From an uncultured virus (IMG/VR IMGVR_UViG_3300020576_002235) (taxonomy: Duplodnaviria; Heunggongvirae; Uroviricota; Caudoviricetes), in IMG/VR virus record IMGVR_UViG_3300020576_002235: 20,000 nt of DNA, one strand, 5' to 3'. Below, piece by piece: positions 1 to 7,573 of the stretch (position 1 is its first letter; the number at the start of each line of letters is the position of its first letter). The position numbers and the translations under genes are program-made. Under the pieces are notes generated by a model. It saw nothing but the letters and a program-made list of their open reading frames with translations. It was not told the origin of the DNA and ran no database searches.

Positions 1-1
1 T

Positions 2-271
2 GTCACCCCACTCCAACACATAACCCTGCACAAAAGAGTCTGCAGCCCACTGCAGCAAATCCCTAATATGCTCTCTGCCAAAAGGAAAGTTATGATCCAG
101 AACCCATTGGACATACTCTGCAAACGGACTATGTGCGGCAAGAAGTTTATCTGTCACTTCCGTAGGAGTCTGCAACAACTCAAACTCAAACTCAATCGTC
201 TGAGTCTCCTGCCTGCCGGTAGCATTCACAGTAATAGCGCTTTTTGCCCACACACAAAGGTTTCTGCTCAT
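2..271 (-). CDS. Hypothetical phage protein, partial (runs off the left edge): MSRNLCVWAKSAITV...LLQTPTEVTDKLL...GYVLEWGD
   Basis: Translated by hand; ATG at 271 overlaps the TGA of the 268..681 gene (ATGA); no stop before the window edge. Absent from the ORF track. Confidence 0.75.
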   Translation of the reverse strand, partial: MSRNLCVWAKSAITVNATGRQETQTIEFEFELLQTPTEVTDKLLAAHSPFAEYVQWVLDHNFPFGREHIRDLLQWAADSFVQGYVLEWGD

Positions 272-681
272 TCTAGCTCCTTCGGTATAGCCACTTCACT
301 ACCCAGCACACTTTCAACGAAAGTGCGCAGCCCTGCAACAAGCGGCGTCTGCCCACACTGGATATAACGCATACCGTCCTCATAAATCCAAGCAACCCAA
401 AACTCACCTTCTGTAGCCGTACAGATTTTCTCATCTGTGAGAATGTTGCCGCCACCAGCTTCCCACACCTCACAGTAATAGGGTAGTGGGTGAAGAACGC
501 CCGTAGCGTCAATAATAAATGGAACATTGCTGTCTAACTCAATGTGTTGATATTGAATACCTGCATAGTTGTTACGCTTTGCGTGCTCTCGTAAGTAGTC
601 GAAACGCATAACAGGGTTGTTCCCTTCGCAAAGAGCAACTGCCCAATTCAAAGACTGACCGGTCAGTTCTGATGTCTTCAT
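268..681 (-). CDS. DUF2591 / phage ABA-sandwich-like protein
   Basis: Motifs K-x-SEL-x-G-x-x-LNWAVA at the N-terminus, Y..W..GG centrally and GQTPLVAGLR-FV-S-LG-EV at the C-terminus; paralogue at 12710..13084. Confidence 0.7.
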   Translation of the reverse strand: MKTSELTGQSLNWAVALCEGNNPVMRFDYLREHAKRNNYAGIQYQHIELDSNVPFIIDATGVLHPLPYYCEVWEAGGGNILTDEKICTATEGEFWVAWIYEDGMRYIQCGQTPLVAGLRTFVESVLGSEVAIPKELE

Positions 682-899
682 TTGTCTTTCTCCAAAAAAG
701 GCTTTAACATACCGTACAACTCGTTGGCACCTAGCAAGTCATCAGGGCCACGTTTCTTGGTGTGCTGCCGCAAGTAACCACCAAACTCTGAGATCAGGGA
801 GTCATGCAGCAAGGTCTGCTGCTCCAAACGCTCGATGCGTTTATGAAGATTAATTACAACTTCTTGAAGCTGCTCAACTGAAAGCTCTAGTACGTCCAT
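678..899 (-). CDS. Hypothetical protein with coiled-coil-like N-terminus
   Basis: ORF track; AAGGAG RBS upstream; ATGA overlap with the next gene. Confidence 0.7.
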   Translation of the reverse strand: MDVLELSVEQLQEVVINLHKRIERLEQQTLLHDSLISEFGGYLRQHTKKRGPDDLLGANELYGMLKPFLEKDK

Positions 900-908
900 A
901 GGGTCTCC

Positions 909-1784
909 TTACATATCAATGGGGTCACGCCAACCAATGAATCTCGGAAAGCGAAACAAGTCTTTAACGCCTATCGGACAGTGCCTGAATTTGAGCCAGC
1001 GTCCGACGTATGCCTCTCTGTTAGCCCACACAAGAATTCTCTCACGATGGGTCAACTTTCCGGGAGCTACGTCAAACTCAACTCCATCCAAGACCACACG
1101 AAAGCCACCGGCCATGCCGTTACCAGACTTATTTGACGCATGACTGCTACGGTGAGTGCGACCCAACTCGTCTGTAGTTGCCTCATTGTTATTGGTCTGC
1201 GCTTCATAGACATGCAGTATTTGGCAATCGTCGTCCCTAAACGGTTTGCACTTCACACTGTCCTGCGATGTAGCTGTACACCTGCCAAACTTGTACAGTG
1301 AGTTTGGGTTTCTTCCGATAAGCCCCTCAAACCCTTGATCCAAGACTGCTGCGTAGGTAGCGTCTAGCGTCTCTTGGTTGTACACAGGGAACTGCTGCAG
1401 CACTTGGATGTACGGAGGCAAGCAACGACTCCTCAACCACTCTAACCGAGTATGAAAAGGCAACCGCAGGTCTGTCAAGTCGTCAAACACGTAGTAAACA
1501 AACTCAGGCTCGCCCTGGATACTCATGACAGCAGAATTAGTCACCCTGTAGACATCAGCAGCATTAGGCTCTCCCACGATAATCTCACCATCCAGATCAG
1601 GCCAGAAGGCTAGCTTAGACCTGATGTGATTGTTAGGGATAGGTTTCAGGCTCCTACTCAACGCCTGTCCTCCGATAGTTACGCACCGGATGCCGTCCAG
1701 TTTTGTGCTGAACAATTTGGGAAACGTCAACGGAGACTTGCACTTATTGACATCCTCGCTTAATTGCGGTTTGAATTGGCTCAC
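909..1784 (-). CDS. lig: ATP-dependent DNA ligase (minimal phage type)
   Basis: KLDGIR (motif I, adenylated Lys), LDGEI (III), YYVFD (IIIa), FEGLIGR (IV), YKFGR..KCKP (V), and a C-terminal OB-fold with RFPRF. Confidence 0.93.
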   Translation of the reverse strand: MSQFKPQLSEDVNKCKSPLTFPKLFSTKLDGIRCVTIGGQALSRSLKPIPNNHIRSKLAFWPDLDGEIIVGEPNAADVYRVTNSAVMSIQGEPEFVYYVFDDLTDLRLPFHTRLEWLRSRCLPPYIQVLQQFPVYNQETLDATYAAVLDQGFEGLIGRNPNSLYKFGRCTATSQDSVKCKPFRDDDCQILHVYEAQTNNNEATTDELGRTHRSSHASNKSGNGMAGGFRVVLDGVEFDVAPGKLTHRERILVWANREAYVGRWLKFRHCPIGVKDLFRFPRFIGWRDPIDM

Positions 1785-1954
1785 ACTTCCACCCGCATTT
1801 CTACTGAGTGAGTTCTAGCAATACCCTCTCCCACCACTTGTTTGTGGTATAAGGTTATTTGGGAGATGCTCACCCCCCACTTGCCCTCGAATTTGCGCAA
1901 CAAGTCCAGCAACGTATCTTGCAATTCCGCCTTAGCAACTTTCAACTCATTCAT
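1781..1954 (-). CDS. Small hypothetical protein, 57 aa (MNELKVAKAELQDTLLDLLRKFEGKWGV...)
   Basis: Hand-translated; fills the gap exactly, with a GTGA overlap onto the ligase start. Confidence 0.7.
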   Translation of the reverse strand: MNELKVAKAELQDTLLDLLRKFEGKWGVSISQITLYHKQVVGEGIARTHSVEMRVEV

Positions 1955-2186
1955 CTTCCAACTCCTTTAACAGTAAATAACTAGCCTCCGCGGCTTCTGC
2001 GTCTGTCATCTTGTCGGCAAGCCAAGGGGCGGGCCGACCTCTCCGATCCAGAACAGCAAACGACACGTCTGGAAACTCTTCTTCGTAGCAAGAGTCAGGG
2101 TCTGCGTTAACCTTTGCAGGCACGTAGTCACCAACGACTTCCACAAGAGCGATGATGCAGGGGATGCCTGCAATCTTGAACTTCAT
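1947..2186 (-). CDS. Hypothetical phage protein
   Basis: ORF track; AGGAGG RBS; IAGIPC...VLDRRGRPAPWL pattern that I recall from other phage hypotheticals. Confidence 0.8.
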   Translation of the reverse strand: MKFKIAGIPCIIALVEVVGDYVPAKVNADPDSCYEEEFPDVSFAVLDRRGRPAPWLADKMTDAEAAEASYLLLKELEDE

Positions 2187-2188
2187 AG

Positions 2189-2410
2189 TTAACCTCCTAA
2201 CAGGTCTGTTGGTTGGCGCTTGTGCGGTTTAATGGAGTGATAACAAGTCTCCCACCCCGCTCTGTATCCAGCCATAAAGGCTTTATTCAAAGCGCCGATA
2301 AGCTCCAGCGCTTCGATCTCATTGTCAAAATGGATAGTGCAAGAGCCACCGTCAATAGGCACCCTCACACCAAATGTGTTTTGACTCGTGTTCAACGTAG
2401 CATAATCCAT
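2189..2410 (-). CDS. Hypothetical protein
   Basis: ORF track; GAGG RBS just downstream of a hairpin. Confidence 0.7.
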   Translation of the reverse strand: MDYATLNTSQNTFGVRVPIDGGSCTIHFDNEIEALELIGALNKAFMAGYRAGWETCYHSIKPHKRQPTDLLGG

Positions 2411-2422
2411 AACTTCCTCTCT

Positions 2423-2440
2423 AAAAGGCGGCGAACCGCC
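2423..2440 (-). terminator. Intrinsic terminator-like hairpin GGCGG-TTCG-CCGCC-TTTT
   Basis: GC stem, UUCG tetraloop and short U-tract, immediately before an RBS. Confidence 0.55.
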
Positions 2441-2445
2441 ATCGA

Positions 2446-3294
2446 TCAGCCCATCAAACTATAAGAGCTTCCGTAAATCTCCTGCGGCTCAGCATCCACA
2501 TAGTAAGCCTTATGATCTTTCACAACCACTGACGGCTCAGTGAGAGCATCACAGAACTCGTTGAATTGTAGAAGTTCTACAGTAGCATTCGCTTCAGTCA
2601 TGAGTTTCCTCACTTCTGGAGTGTTGTGATCTGTCTGCTCCAGGTTCTTCAACTGTTGTTCCAATTTATTGTCGAACACAAACTGATGCACAGGCAACTC
2701 GAACAGGTTTGAGTCGTCCTCGGCCCTACCATCTTCATCCCACTGCTTATCCTTGCAACCGTAGCTATTACAGGTGCAGTCGCCTAGATAGTGATCGCCG
2801 CGTAGGTTGTAGGCTTTCGGTGAACCGATACTCGATCTAACGTCAGCGCCCCCATGAATCTGCACCAAAGCGCACTCTTCACCACCACACTCAAACGTAA
2901 TAAACTGAATATCCTGCGACAAACAGTTCTCAAAGTTGTATGTATAAGCTACCGGCGACATATTGCCCTTTGTTGCAGCGAATTGCTCCATCAGACGTAT
3001 ATTGTACTCGTCTTTGCCTTCGCAAAACGCTTCGTACTCTGCCTGTAACTCAGCATTGTACGTCAAATTGTTCTCCATATATGACGCCAAGCTTACAATG
3101 AGACACAATTCCAGTTCTGGTTGCGCTCCGGGGTTGTAAACATAAGCCTCCAACCTTTCCCCAAAGGCCAGATCGTCCCAAGTCTTGCCTTGGTTGCGCT
3201 CCCAATGCCTGCCATAAGCCCCACCGCTGTCGCACAAGGCACGCCCTGTGTTCTCTTGCAGTTGAGCAAGAATCATTTTCTTAGTAATGTCCAT
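2446..3294 (-). CDS. Conserved hypothetical phage protein (ENTG..DSGGAYGRHWERNQ / TYN.E..LSQ / QIHGGADVR motifs), acidic
   Basis: 282-aa ORF with AAGG RBS; motif set recalled from phage hypotheticals; function unknown. Confidence 0.85.
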   Translation of the reverse strand: MDITKKMILAQLQENTGRALCDSGGAYGRHWERNQGKTWDDLAFGERLEAYVYNPGAQPELELCLIVSLASYMENNLTYNAELQAEYEAFCEGKDEYNIRLMEQFAATKGNMSPVAYTYNFENCLSQDIQFITFECGGEECALVQIHGGADVRSSIGSPKAYNLRGDHYLGDCTCNSYGCKDKQWDEDGRAEDDSNLFELPVHQFVFDNKLEQQLKNLEQTDHNTPEVRKLMTEANATVELLQFNEFCDALTEPSVVVKDHKAYYVDAEPQEIYGSSYSLMG

Positions 3295-3306
3295 TTAACA
3301 CCTTAT

Positions 3307-3327
3307 AAAAAAGGCCCCGAAGGGCCT
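3307..3327 (-). terminator. Intrinsic terminator AGGCCC-TTCG-GGGCCT-TTTTT
   Basis: Perfect 6-bp stem, cUUCGg loop and U-tract. Confidence 0.8.
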
Positions 3328-3334
3328 GGTTGAA

Positions 3335-3481
3335 CTAAACCCCACACGCCTTTAGGAACAGTGCTTTGTTGAAAGACGAGTTCTCAGCGGCAAGTGCAGT
3401 GGCAAAAGCCTCAGCAGCTTGTACTTTGTTGGGAAGTGCAGCAATAACCTTTGCAATCAGGATATAGTTTTTACGTGACAC
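3335..3481 (-). CDS. Small phage protein, 48 aa (MSRKNYILIAKVIAAL...ENSSFNKALFLKACGV)
   Basis: Hand-translated; GTG start with AAGGAG RBS; matches the 'MTRKDY..IA...N..F....F..AC' small early-protein pattern. Confidence 0.8.
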   Translation of the reverse strand: MSRKNYILIAKVIAALPNKVQAAEAFATALAAENSSFNKALFLKACGV

Positions 3482-3635
3482 CTTTAACTCCTTTGGTAAA
3501 CTGAAACGGTTTCTTCAACTTCAACAGTGCAGTCTGCAACTTCGCCATATCTGCAGATTGCTCCATCTTCTGCACAGGTCGGTAGTGCAAGCCAATCAGA
3601 ACCTTGCCGGTATTGTAAACAGTCTGCTTGGTCAT
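3471..3635 (-). CDS. Small phage protein, 54 aa (MTKQTVYNTGKVLIGLHY...DMAKLQTALL)
   Basis: Hand-translated; ATGA overlap with the upstream gene. Confidence 0.75.
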   Translation of the reverse strand: MTKQTVYNTGKVLIGLHYRPVQKMEQSADMAKLQTALLKLKKPFQFTKGVKGVT

Positions 3636-3814
3636 AGCGCCCCCGTGTTATAAGTAACTTGTTTGCCGCCCAACTCGCACAACAGCACTACTACGTCCGA
3701 TGACTTCCGGGCATTCAGCAGGATAGCTGCCTTCATCTGCGCACCATAAGTCGTGTTAGCCGTGACATCAACAGTTTTGCCATTGTAAAAACACTTATAG
3801 CTGTTCATTTTCAA
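3632..3814 (-). CDS. Small phage protein (MNSYKCFYNGKTVDVTANTTYGAQ...); start may be the ATG at 3808
   Basis: ORF track; AAGG upstream. Confidence 0.75.
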   Translation of the reverse strand: MKMNSYKCFYNGKTVDVTANTTYGAQMKAAILLNARKSSDVVVLLCELGGKQVTYNTGAL

Positions 3815-3908
3815 CCTTTATAAAAGTAAACTCAGCAACATCACCCATAGTGTTGGCATCATTGCGCCAACTGAATCTTGAGGGTTGTGCTTTGTAACGT
3901 AAGCACGC
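3795..3908 (-). pseudogene. Startless remnant resembling the C-terminus of the 5531..5761 protein
   Basis: Frame reads ACLRYKAQPSRFSWRNDANTMGDVAEFTFIKVENEQL*, versus PCVDVSDEYEFSWTNDANDLGGLVSTFTFQVLERENA*; in-frame TGA directly upstream. Confidence 0.6.
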
Positions 3909-3912
3909 TCAT

Positions 3913-4545
3913 TCACACTCTCTCCTTTCTGTCTTCCAAGTAATCAAAAATCTTGCACAGTCGGTCTGCGTCTGAGCAGTTTGTGTACAGGGTGTTCTCC
4001 AACACACCATTACACATGGCGTACTCCATCAACACATACTCGCACATACCGTTAAACTCACCGCTCTCACCCTCTGCCAGCGCCTGCATCAGTGTGCCTA
4101 TCTGATTGCAGTCCCATTCTATAACTTCTCCCCACGCAGTATAATCTGGGCCATAGAAGCTACTGAAACCGTCTCGACTTGTGTGTCGCAATTCAGCCAC
4201 ATCTTTCAGCACAGCCTTATCTACTCTCTCATAAGCCTTAAGCAGACTGGCTTCGCTTATCTTACAGATGATCACGTCTGTCGTGAAGTTGTACTCTCTT
4301 GGTGACTCAAGCGCCTCAAACTTCAACTCCAGCTCAACAAACGATGCAAAAGCTTCTGCGTACTCCCTGGCATATTCAGTATGCACAGCTTTCCAGTCCA
4401 TTGCGTCGTTAGCGTAATCAACAAAGGCGTCTACAGGGTTGCCGGTATCGCGCTCACCAAACATACTGTTCAAAGCCTCGTCAAGTGCCATGCTGTGCAG
4501 ACTCTCGTAAAACCCGCTGAACGGGATTGTCGTCTCATATTCCAT
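3913..4545 (-). CDS. Conserved acidic hypothetical phage protein (FSGFYES / SPREYNFTTD / SRDGFSSFY motifs)
   Basis: 210-aa ORF with AAGGAG RBS; strongly D/E-rich. Confidence 0.85.
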   Translation of the reverse strand: MEYETTIPFSGFYESLHSMALDEALNSMFGERDTGNPVDAFVDYANDAMDWKAVHTEYAREYAEAFASFVELELKFEALESPREYNFTTDVIICKISEASLLKAYERVDKAVLKDVAELRHTSRDGFSSFYGPDYTAWGEVIEWDCNQIGTLMQALAEGESGEFNGMCEYVLMEYAMCNGVLENTLYTNCSDADRLCKIFDYLEDRKERV

Positions 4546-4560
4546 AACTCTCTCCTTTGG

Positions 4561-4581
4561 ATAAAGCCCGCAAAAGCAGGC
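4561..4581 (-). terminator. Terminator-like hairpin GCCTGC-TTTT-GCGGGC-TTTAT
   Basis: Stem includes a G.U pair on the minus strand; followed by a short U-rich tract and an RBS. Confidence 0.5.
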
Positions 4582-4596
4582 AAATTGATCACAACG

Positions 4597-5538
4597 CTAA
4601 CTGTCTTCCCCTTGAGCACATACAGCTTCATCAGACTCTTTAGCCAGACGCTCACAAGCTGAATCGAAGTGATCGCTCTTCAGAACCTCTTCTGCGTACT
4701 TACTGCCGACGAATCCCCAGCAAGAGTCTGTATCAACCTCTGTGCCGTCTTCCTCGTAAGTCTGCACAACACATCCAAACACCTGACCACTGTTGATATC
4801 GTTAAAGAGGCCTAAGAATTGCTGTGCATATTCACGCGCTTTTTTCCTCCGCTCGTCAGCAGGCAATTTCTGCAATTCTTCGGTCTGATCCTCGCTAGGT
4901 ATCCATACACCTGCACGGTTATTCGTGTCCCACCGGCATTGCATACCACCGCCTGACAGCGACCAGTGTTCACCGCTGTGAGAGTAGACTGACAGTAGTT
5001 GAGCGTCGGGATTGCCTGGGAAATAGGCATCTTCGTGCCACATCAACTCCAAAACAGACTTAAACGTGTCGTCATAGATAGTGTTGTCCCAGTTTGTGTG
5101 GGCCGAATCTGTGCGCAGCGCTCTTTTAACAAAGTCTGTGTCGGACTCACCAGGAAGTTGATCGAAGTCGTAATAACCTCTGAAGTTCTCCAACAAGTCT
5201 TCAAGTCCGTACTTAGCGAAAACGGCAGTGATGTATAGATCAGTGGCGAGCACCTCATGCCTGCAGTAAATTGCCTCCAAATCAGGCTCTCCGTCTGAGT
5301 TATTACCAAGTGCCTCCAATCCTTCTGCATGATTGTCTCTGTTGCTACGATGAAAGCTGATCAGTGTTCCACAACCCTCTCCCATCAAATCCTCATGATC
5401 ACAATCTTCATCGTATGTGAGATAGGCGATAACTATCTTGTCGCCTACTTTAGCCTTCAGAATTTTACCAACTGGCTCATAGTTGACCTTGTAATCCACA
5501 CCTTCAAAATCTTCTGTGTACACCGTATGTTTACGCAT
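4597..5538 (-). CDS. Conserved acidic hypothetical protein (Y.HSG...C.WD...G.V.G...DSCWGF.G motifs), 313 aa
   Basis: Start moved to the ATG at 5538 (GGAGAG RBS; overlaps the stop of the upstream gene). Confidence 0.85.
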   Translation of the reverse strand: MRKHTVYTEDFEGVDYKVNYEPVGKILKAKVGDKIVIAYLTYDEDCDHEDLMGEGCGTLISFHRSNRDNHAEGLEALGNNSDGEPDLEAIYCRHEVLATDLYITAVFAKYGLEDLLENFRGYYDFDQLPGESDTDFVKRALRTDSAHTNWDNTIYDDTFKSVLELMWHEDAYFPGNPDAQLLSVYSHSGEHWSLSGGGMQCRWDTNNRAGVWIPSEDQTEELQKLPADERRKKAREYAQQFLGLFNDINSGQVFGCVVQTYEEDGTEVDTDSCWGFVGSKYAEEVLKSDHFDSACERLAKESDEAVCAQGEDS

Positions 5539-5761
5539 TCTCTCTCTCCAGGACTTGAAAGGTAAAGGTGGATACAAGACCACCGAGGTCGTTAGCGTCG
5601 TTCGTCCAACTAAACTCGTACTCGTCAGATACATCAACGCAAGGGCCTAAGCCCTCGCAGAAATCGTCAATCTCTGCTATATCCGAGTCCTCAAGCCCGG
5701 AGGCATCACCGTTGATCAAATAACAAGACCAATACGCTGGAAGTATGTAAGTATCAGCCAT
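5531..5761 (-). CDS. Small acidic phage protein (MADTYILPAYWSCYLINGDASGL...), 76 aa
   Basis: Start moved to the ATG at 5761, overlapping the end of the upstream gene; the YLINGD.SGL motif is typical of phage hypotheticals. Confidence 0.8.
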   Translation of the reverse strand: MADTYILPAYWSCYLINGDASGLEDSDIAEIDDFCEGLGPCVDVSDEYEFSWTNDANDLGGLVSTFTFQVLERENA

Positions 5762-6443
5762 TTTCGCTCTCCTTTCCTTCTGGTGCCATCGAATGAATGT
5801 GCTCGATAGCCTTGTACGTTTCAGCAGCAATTTCTTCGATCACACCATCCAGGTAAATTGCCTGCCCCGACGTGCAGCGTCCCCAAATGTCAAGTCCAGC
5901 CACGTTTCCAACTGTTTCACCCTTAGCCGCCAAACGATCCTTGAGCCAACTGGAAACGATCCAGTGCTCCATCACCTCTGTATATTCGGTGTCCAGACGG
6001 TGATCGAGACAGACCTCTTCGTAATTGAACGTCATAGCCCACACTGCTTCGCGCAGCTTAGGCATGACAGACTCAATCGCCGCCTCGTTAGCGTCGTCTT
6101 CGTCGTCGTAGCCTCCTGGAGTACACCCCTCAAAGACGTAATACTCATCTTCGGTCTGTGTAACTTCAGGCACGATACCGTCTTTCACATCGTCCCAACA
6201 GCCGTTGGAGTCGGCTATGCTCTCCAGATCGACAGCATCAGCATCGCTCATGATGAACTCCTGCACCGGGGTCTCGAAATCCACCCGCTGACAGAGTTCC
6301 AGCAATTCGTCCTGTGAGGTACAAAGTGTATCTTCAAACACTCGTGACTCCGTATAACTGGAAATCTCCATAAGCCCGCTAATGAGGGAGGAAGCGCAAG
6401 CGTAAACATGATCGTTAACAATTTTACCAGCATAATTTTCCAT
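5754..6443 (-). CDS. Conserved acidic hypothetical protein (EVMEHWIVSSWL...WGRCTSGQAI.LD.VI), 229 aa
   Basis: Start moved to the ATG at 6443 with AAGGA RBS; very D/E-rich central region. Confidence 0.85.
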   Translation of the reverse strand: MENYAGKIVNDHVYACASSLISGLMEISSYTESRVFEDTLCTSQDELLELCQRVDFETPVQEFIMSDADAVDLESIADSNGCWDDVKDGIVPEVTQTEDEYYVFEGCTPGGYDDEDDANEAAIESVMPKLREAVWAMTFNYEEVCLDHRLDTEYTEVMEHWIVSSWLKDRLAAKGETVGNVAGLDIWGRCTSGQAIYLDGVIEEIAAETYKAIEHIHSMAPEGKESENG

Positions 6444-6471
6444 AAAATTTCCTTTAAGAGTGAATTGATGT

Positions 6472-6523
6472 GCAAAGCACACCGTACAGCAGCCTGAGCT
6501 GGCTGCTGTGGGTTGTGTTTTAC
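6472..6523 (-). promoter_or_regulatory. Long imperfect intergenic hairpin, candidate RNase III processing site
   Basis: Core ACAGCAGCC-AGCTCA-GGCTGCTGT extended by a bulged outer stem to about 20 bp; no U-tract on the coding strand. Confidence 0.5.
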
Positions 6524-6526
6524 TGA

Positions 6527-6709
6527 TTATGAATGGGTATAGCCATCCTTTTCAATTCCGAGCCACATAGTGTGAAATTCCACCATTACACAACCGTCCA
6601 TACAAAATGTCGGTTGGACTCTGCGTCGGAAGACTTTGTAAGGTGGTGGAAATTCTAAGCGTAGATAGATGCGCTTGAGCGCCAAGCGCTGTGCTTTGGT
6701 AATAAACAT
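6527..6709 (-). CDS. Small phage protein, 60 aa (MFITKAQRLALKRIY...MWLGIEKDGYTHS)
   Basis: Start moved to the ATG at 6709 (AAGGA RBS, downstream of a terminator hairpin). Confidence 0.8.
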   Translation of the reverse strand: MFITKAQRLALKRIYLRLEFPPPYKVFRRRVQPTFCMDGCVMVEFHTMWLGIEKDGYTHS

Positions 6710-6722
6710 AACGGTTCCTTTC

Positions 6723-6748
6723 AAAAATAAAGCCTGCTCGCGCAGGCT
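6723..6748 (-). terminator. Intrinsic terminator AGCCTGC-GCGA-GCAGGCT-TTATTTTT
   Basis: 7-bp stem, GNRA loop and U-rich tail just after the HNH stop. Confidence 0.75.
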
Positions 6749-6755
6749 GTTTGTG

Positions 6756-7418
6756 TTATAGTGACGTTGTGATTCTTCCGTTTGCTGCATCCTCTCTTAG
6801 TTTAGCTGCGCGCTTATCCAGCGCCACTCTGACACGAAGGTCGTCGGTAGGGAAGTAGTCTAAGAGGTCTGCTTTAGCTAACTGCCACTGCTTGTGAGCT
6901 TCTAGAGGAGTGTCATAAGTGCCCAGGCAAACTTCATATCCGTACCTTTTCACTCTAGCCTTAAATTTAGACTTATCCCTTGGGTGACTCACCCCTAGCG
7001 GGAGATCTCCTCGCCCAGCCTTACGGATATTGAGCAAATTGTTAAGCTCCTGCGGTACAAACACACAGTTAGTAGCACTGTACACCTGATTGCCGGGAAA
7101 CAACAAATCCTTGTCCAAAGCTTTTTCTTCGTGGTCTTGAGTTAACATCCACTCCTCAAAAACAGAGAACCGCAACCACTCAACAGCAACAGTGCAGCCT
7201 ATGTAAGTAGGGTGTGAGGCTTGATATCTAGCTGAATAACATCGACGCAGCATGTGGCCCCAAGTGTTGTAGACCCTAGTAGGCTTTCCGTTGGCCCATA
7301 CCGTGTGATTTGCATCACTGAGTCCAATGCCCCATACCAGCGGGTGATTAATACTTACTTCTTCAGTCGAAAGTTGCGCAGCACCGCACGAAGGTGTGCT
7401 ACAATCGTCGTAGGTCAT
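6756..7418 (-). CDS. HNH-family homing endonuclease with AP2-like C-terminal DNA-binding domain
   Basis: YNTW..ML.RCY, Y.GCTV..EW..F..F..W, LDKD....GN.VYS..NC.FVP..LN, LPLGV and LG.YDTP.EAH..W motifs. Confidence 0.85.
   Translation of the reverse strand: MTYDDCSTPSCGAAQLSTEEVSINHPLVWGIGLSDANHTVWANGKPTRVYNTWGHMLRRCYSARYQASHPTYIGCTVAVEWLRFSVFEEWMLTQDHEEKALDKDLLFPGNQVYSATNCVFVPQELNNLLNIRKAGRGDLPLGVSHPRDKSKFKARVKRYGYEVCLGTYDTPLEAHKQWQLAKADLLDYFPTDDLRVRVALDKRAAKLREDAANGRITTSL
7397..7405 (+). promoter_or_regulatory. Extended -10 promoter (TGcTACAAT) antisense to the HNH start
   Basis: TG-N-TACAAT lies inside the first HNH codons and points towards the HNH ATG/RBS. Confidence 0.45.
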
Positions 7419-7480
7419 GATTACTCCAGGAATTACTGACTCAGTGAACGCCGTTCAAATTCGACCTTGAGCGGCGTTTG
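7412..7480 (+). ncRNA. Putative cis-antisense RNA (~70 nt) covering the HNH ATG and RBS
   Basis: Antisense promoter upstream; ends in a 12-bp hairpin at 7447-7478 whose U.G pair forms only on the + strand, followed by TTT. Confidence 0.35.
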
Positions 7481-7506
7481 CGCTTCAGAATTGAAGCGCT
7501 GGACCA

Positions 7507-7512
7507 ATTATA
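7507..7512 (-). promoter_or_regulatory. Consensus -10 element (TATAAT) of the likely HNH promoter
   Basis: Perfect TATAAT about 90 nt upstream of the HNH ATG, right after the upstream terminator; -35 is poor. Confidence 0.5.
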
Positions 7513-7531
7513 CCGCAAGTAACCGCCCAAT

Positions 7532-7556
7532 AAAAAAGCCGCCCTAGGGCGGCTTT
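7532..7556 (-). terminator. Strong intrinsic terminator AAAGCCGCC-CTAG-GGCGGCTTTTTT
   Basis: Perfect palindromic stem and U6 tail after the 7574..7900 gene. Confidence 0.85.
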
Positions 7557-7573
7557 CTCAGGAGCGCCGAAGA

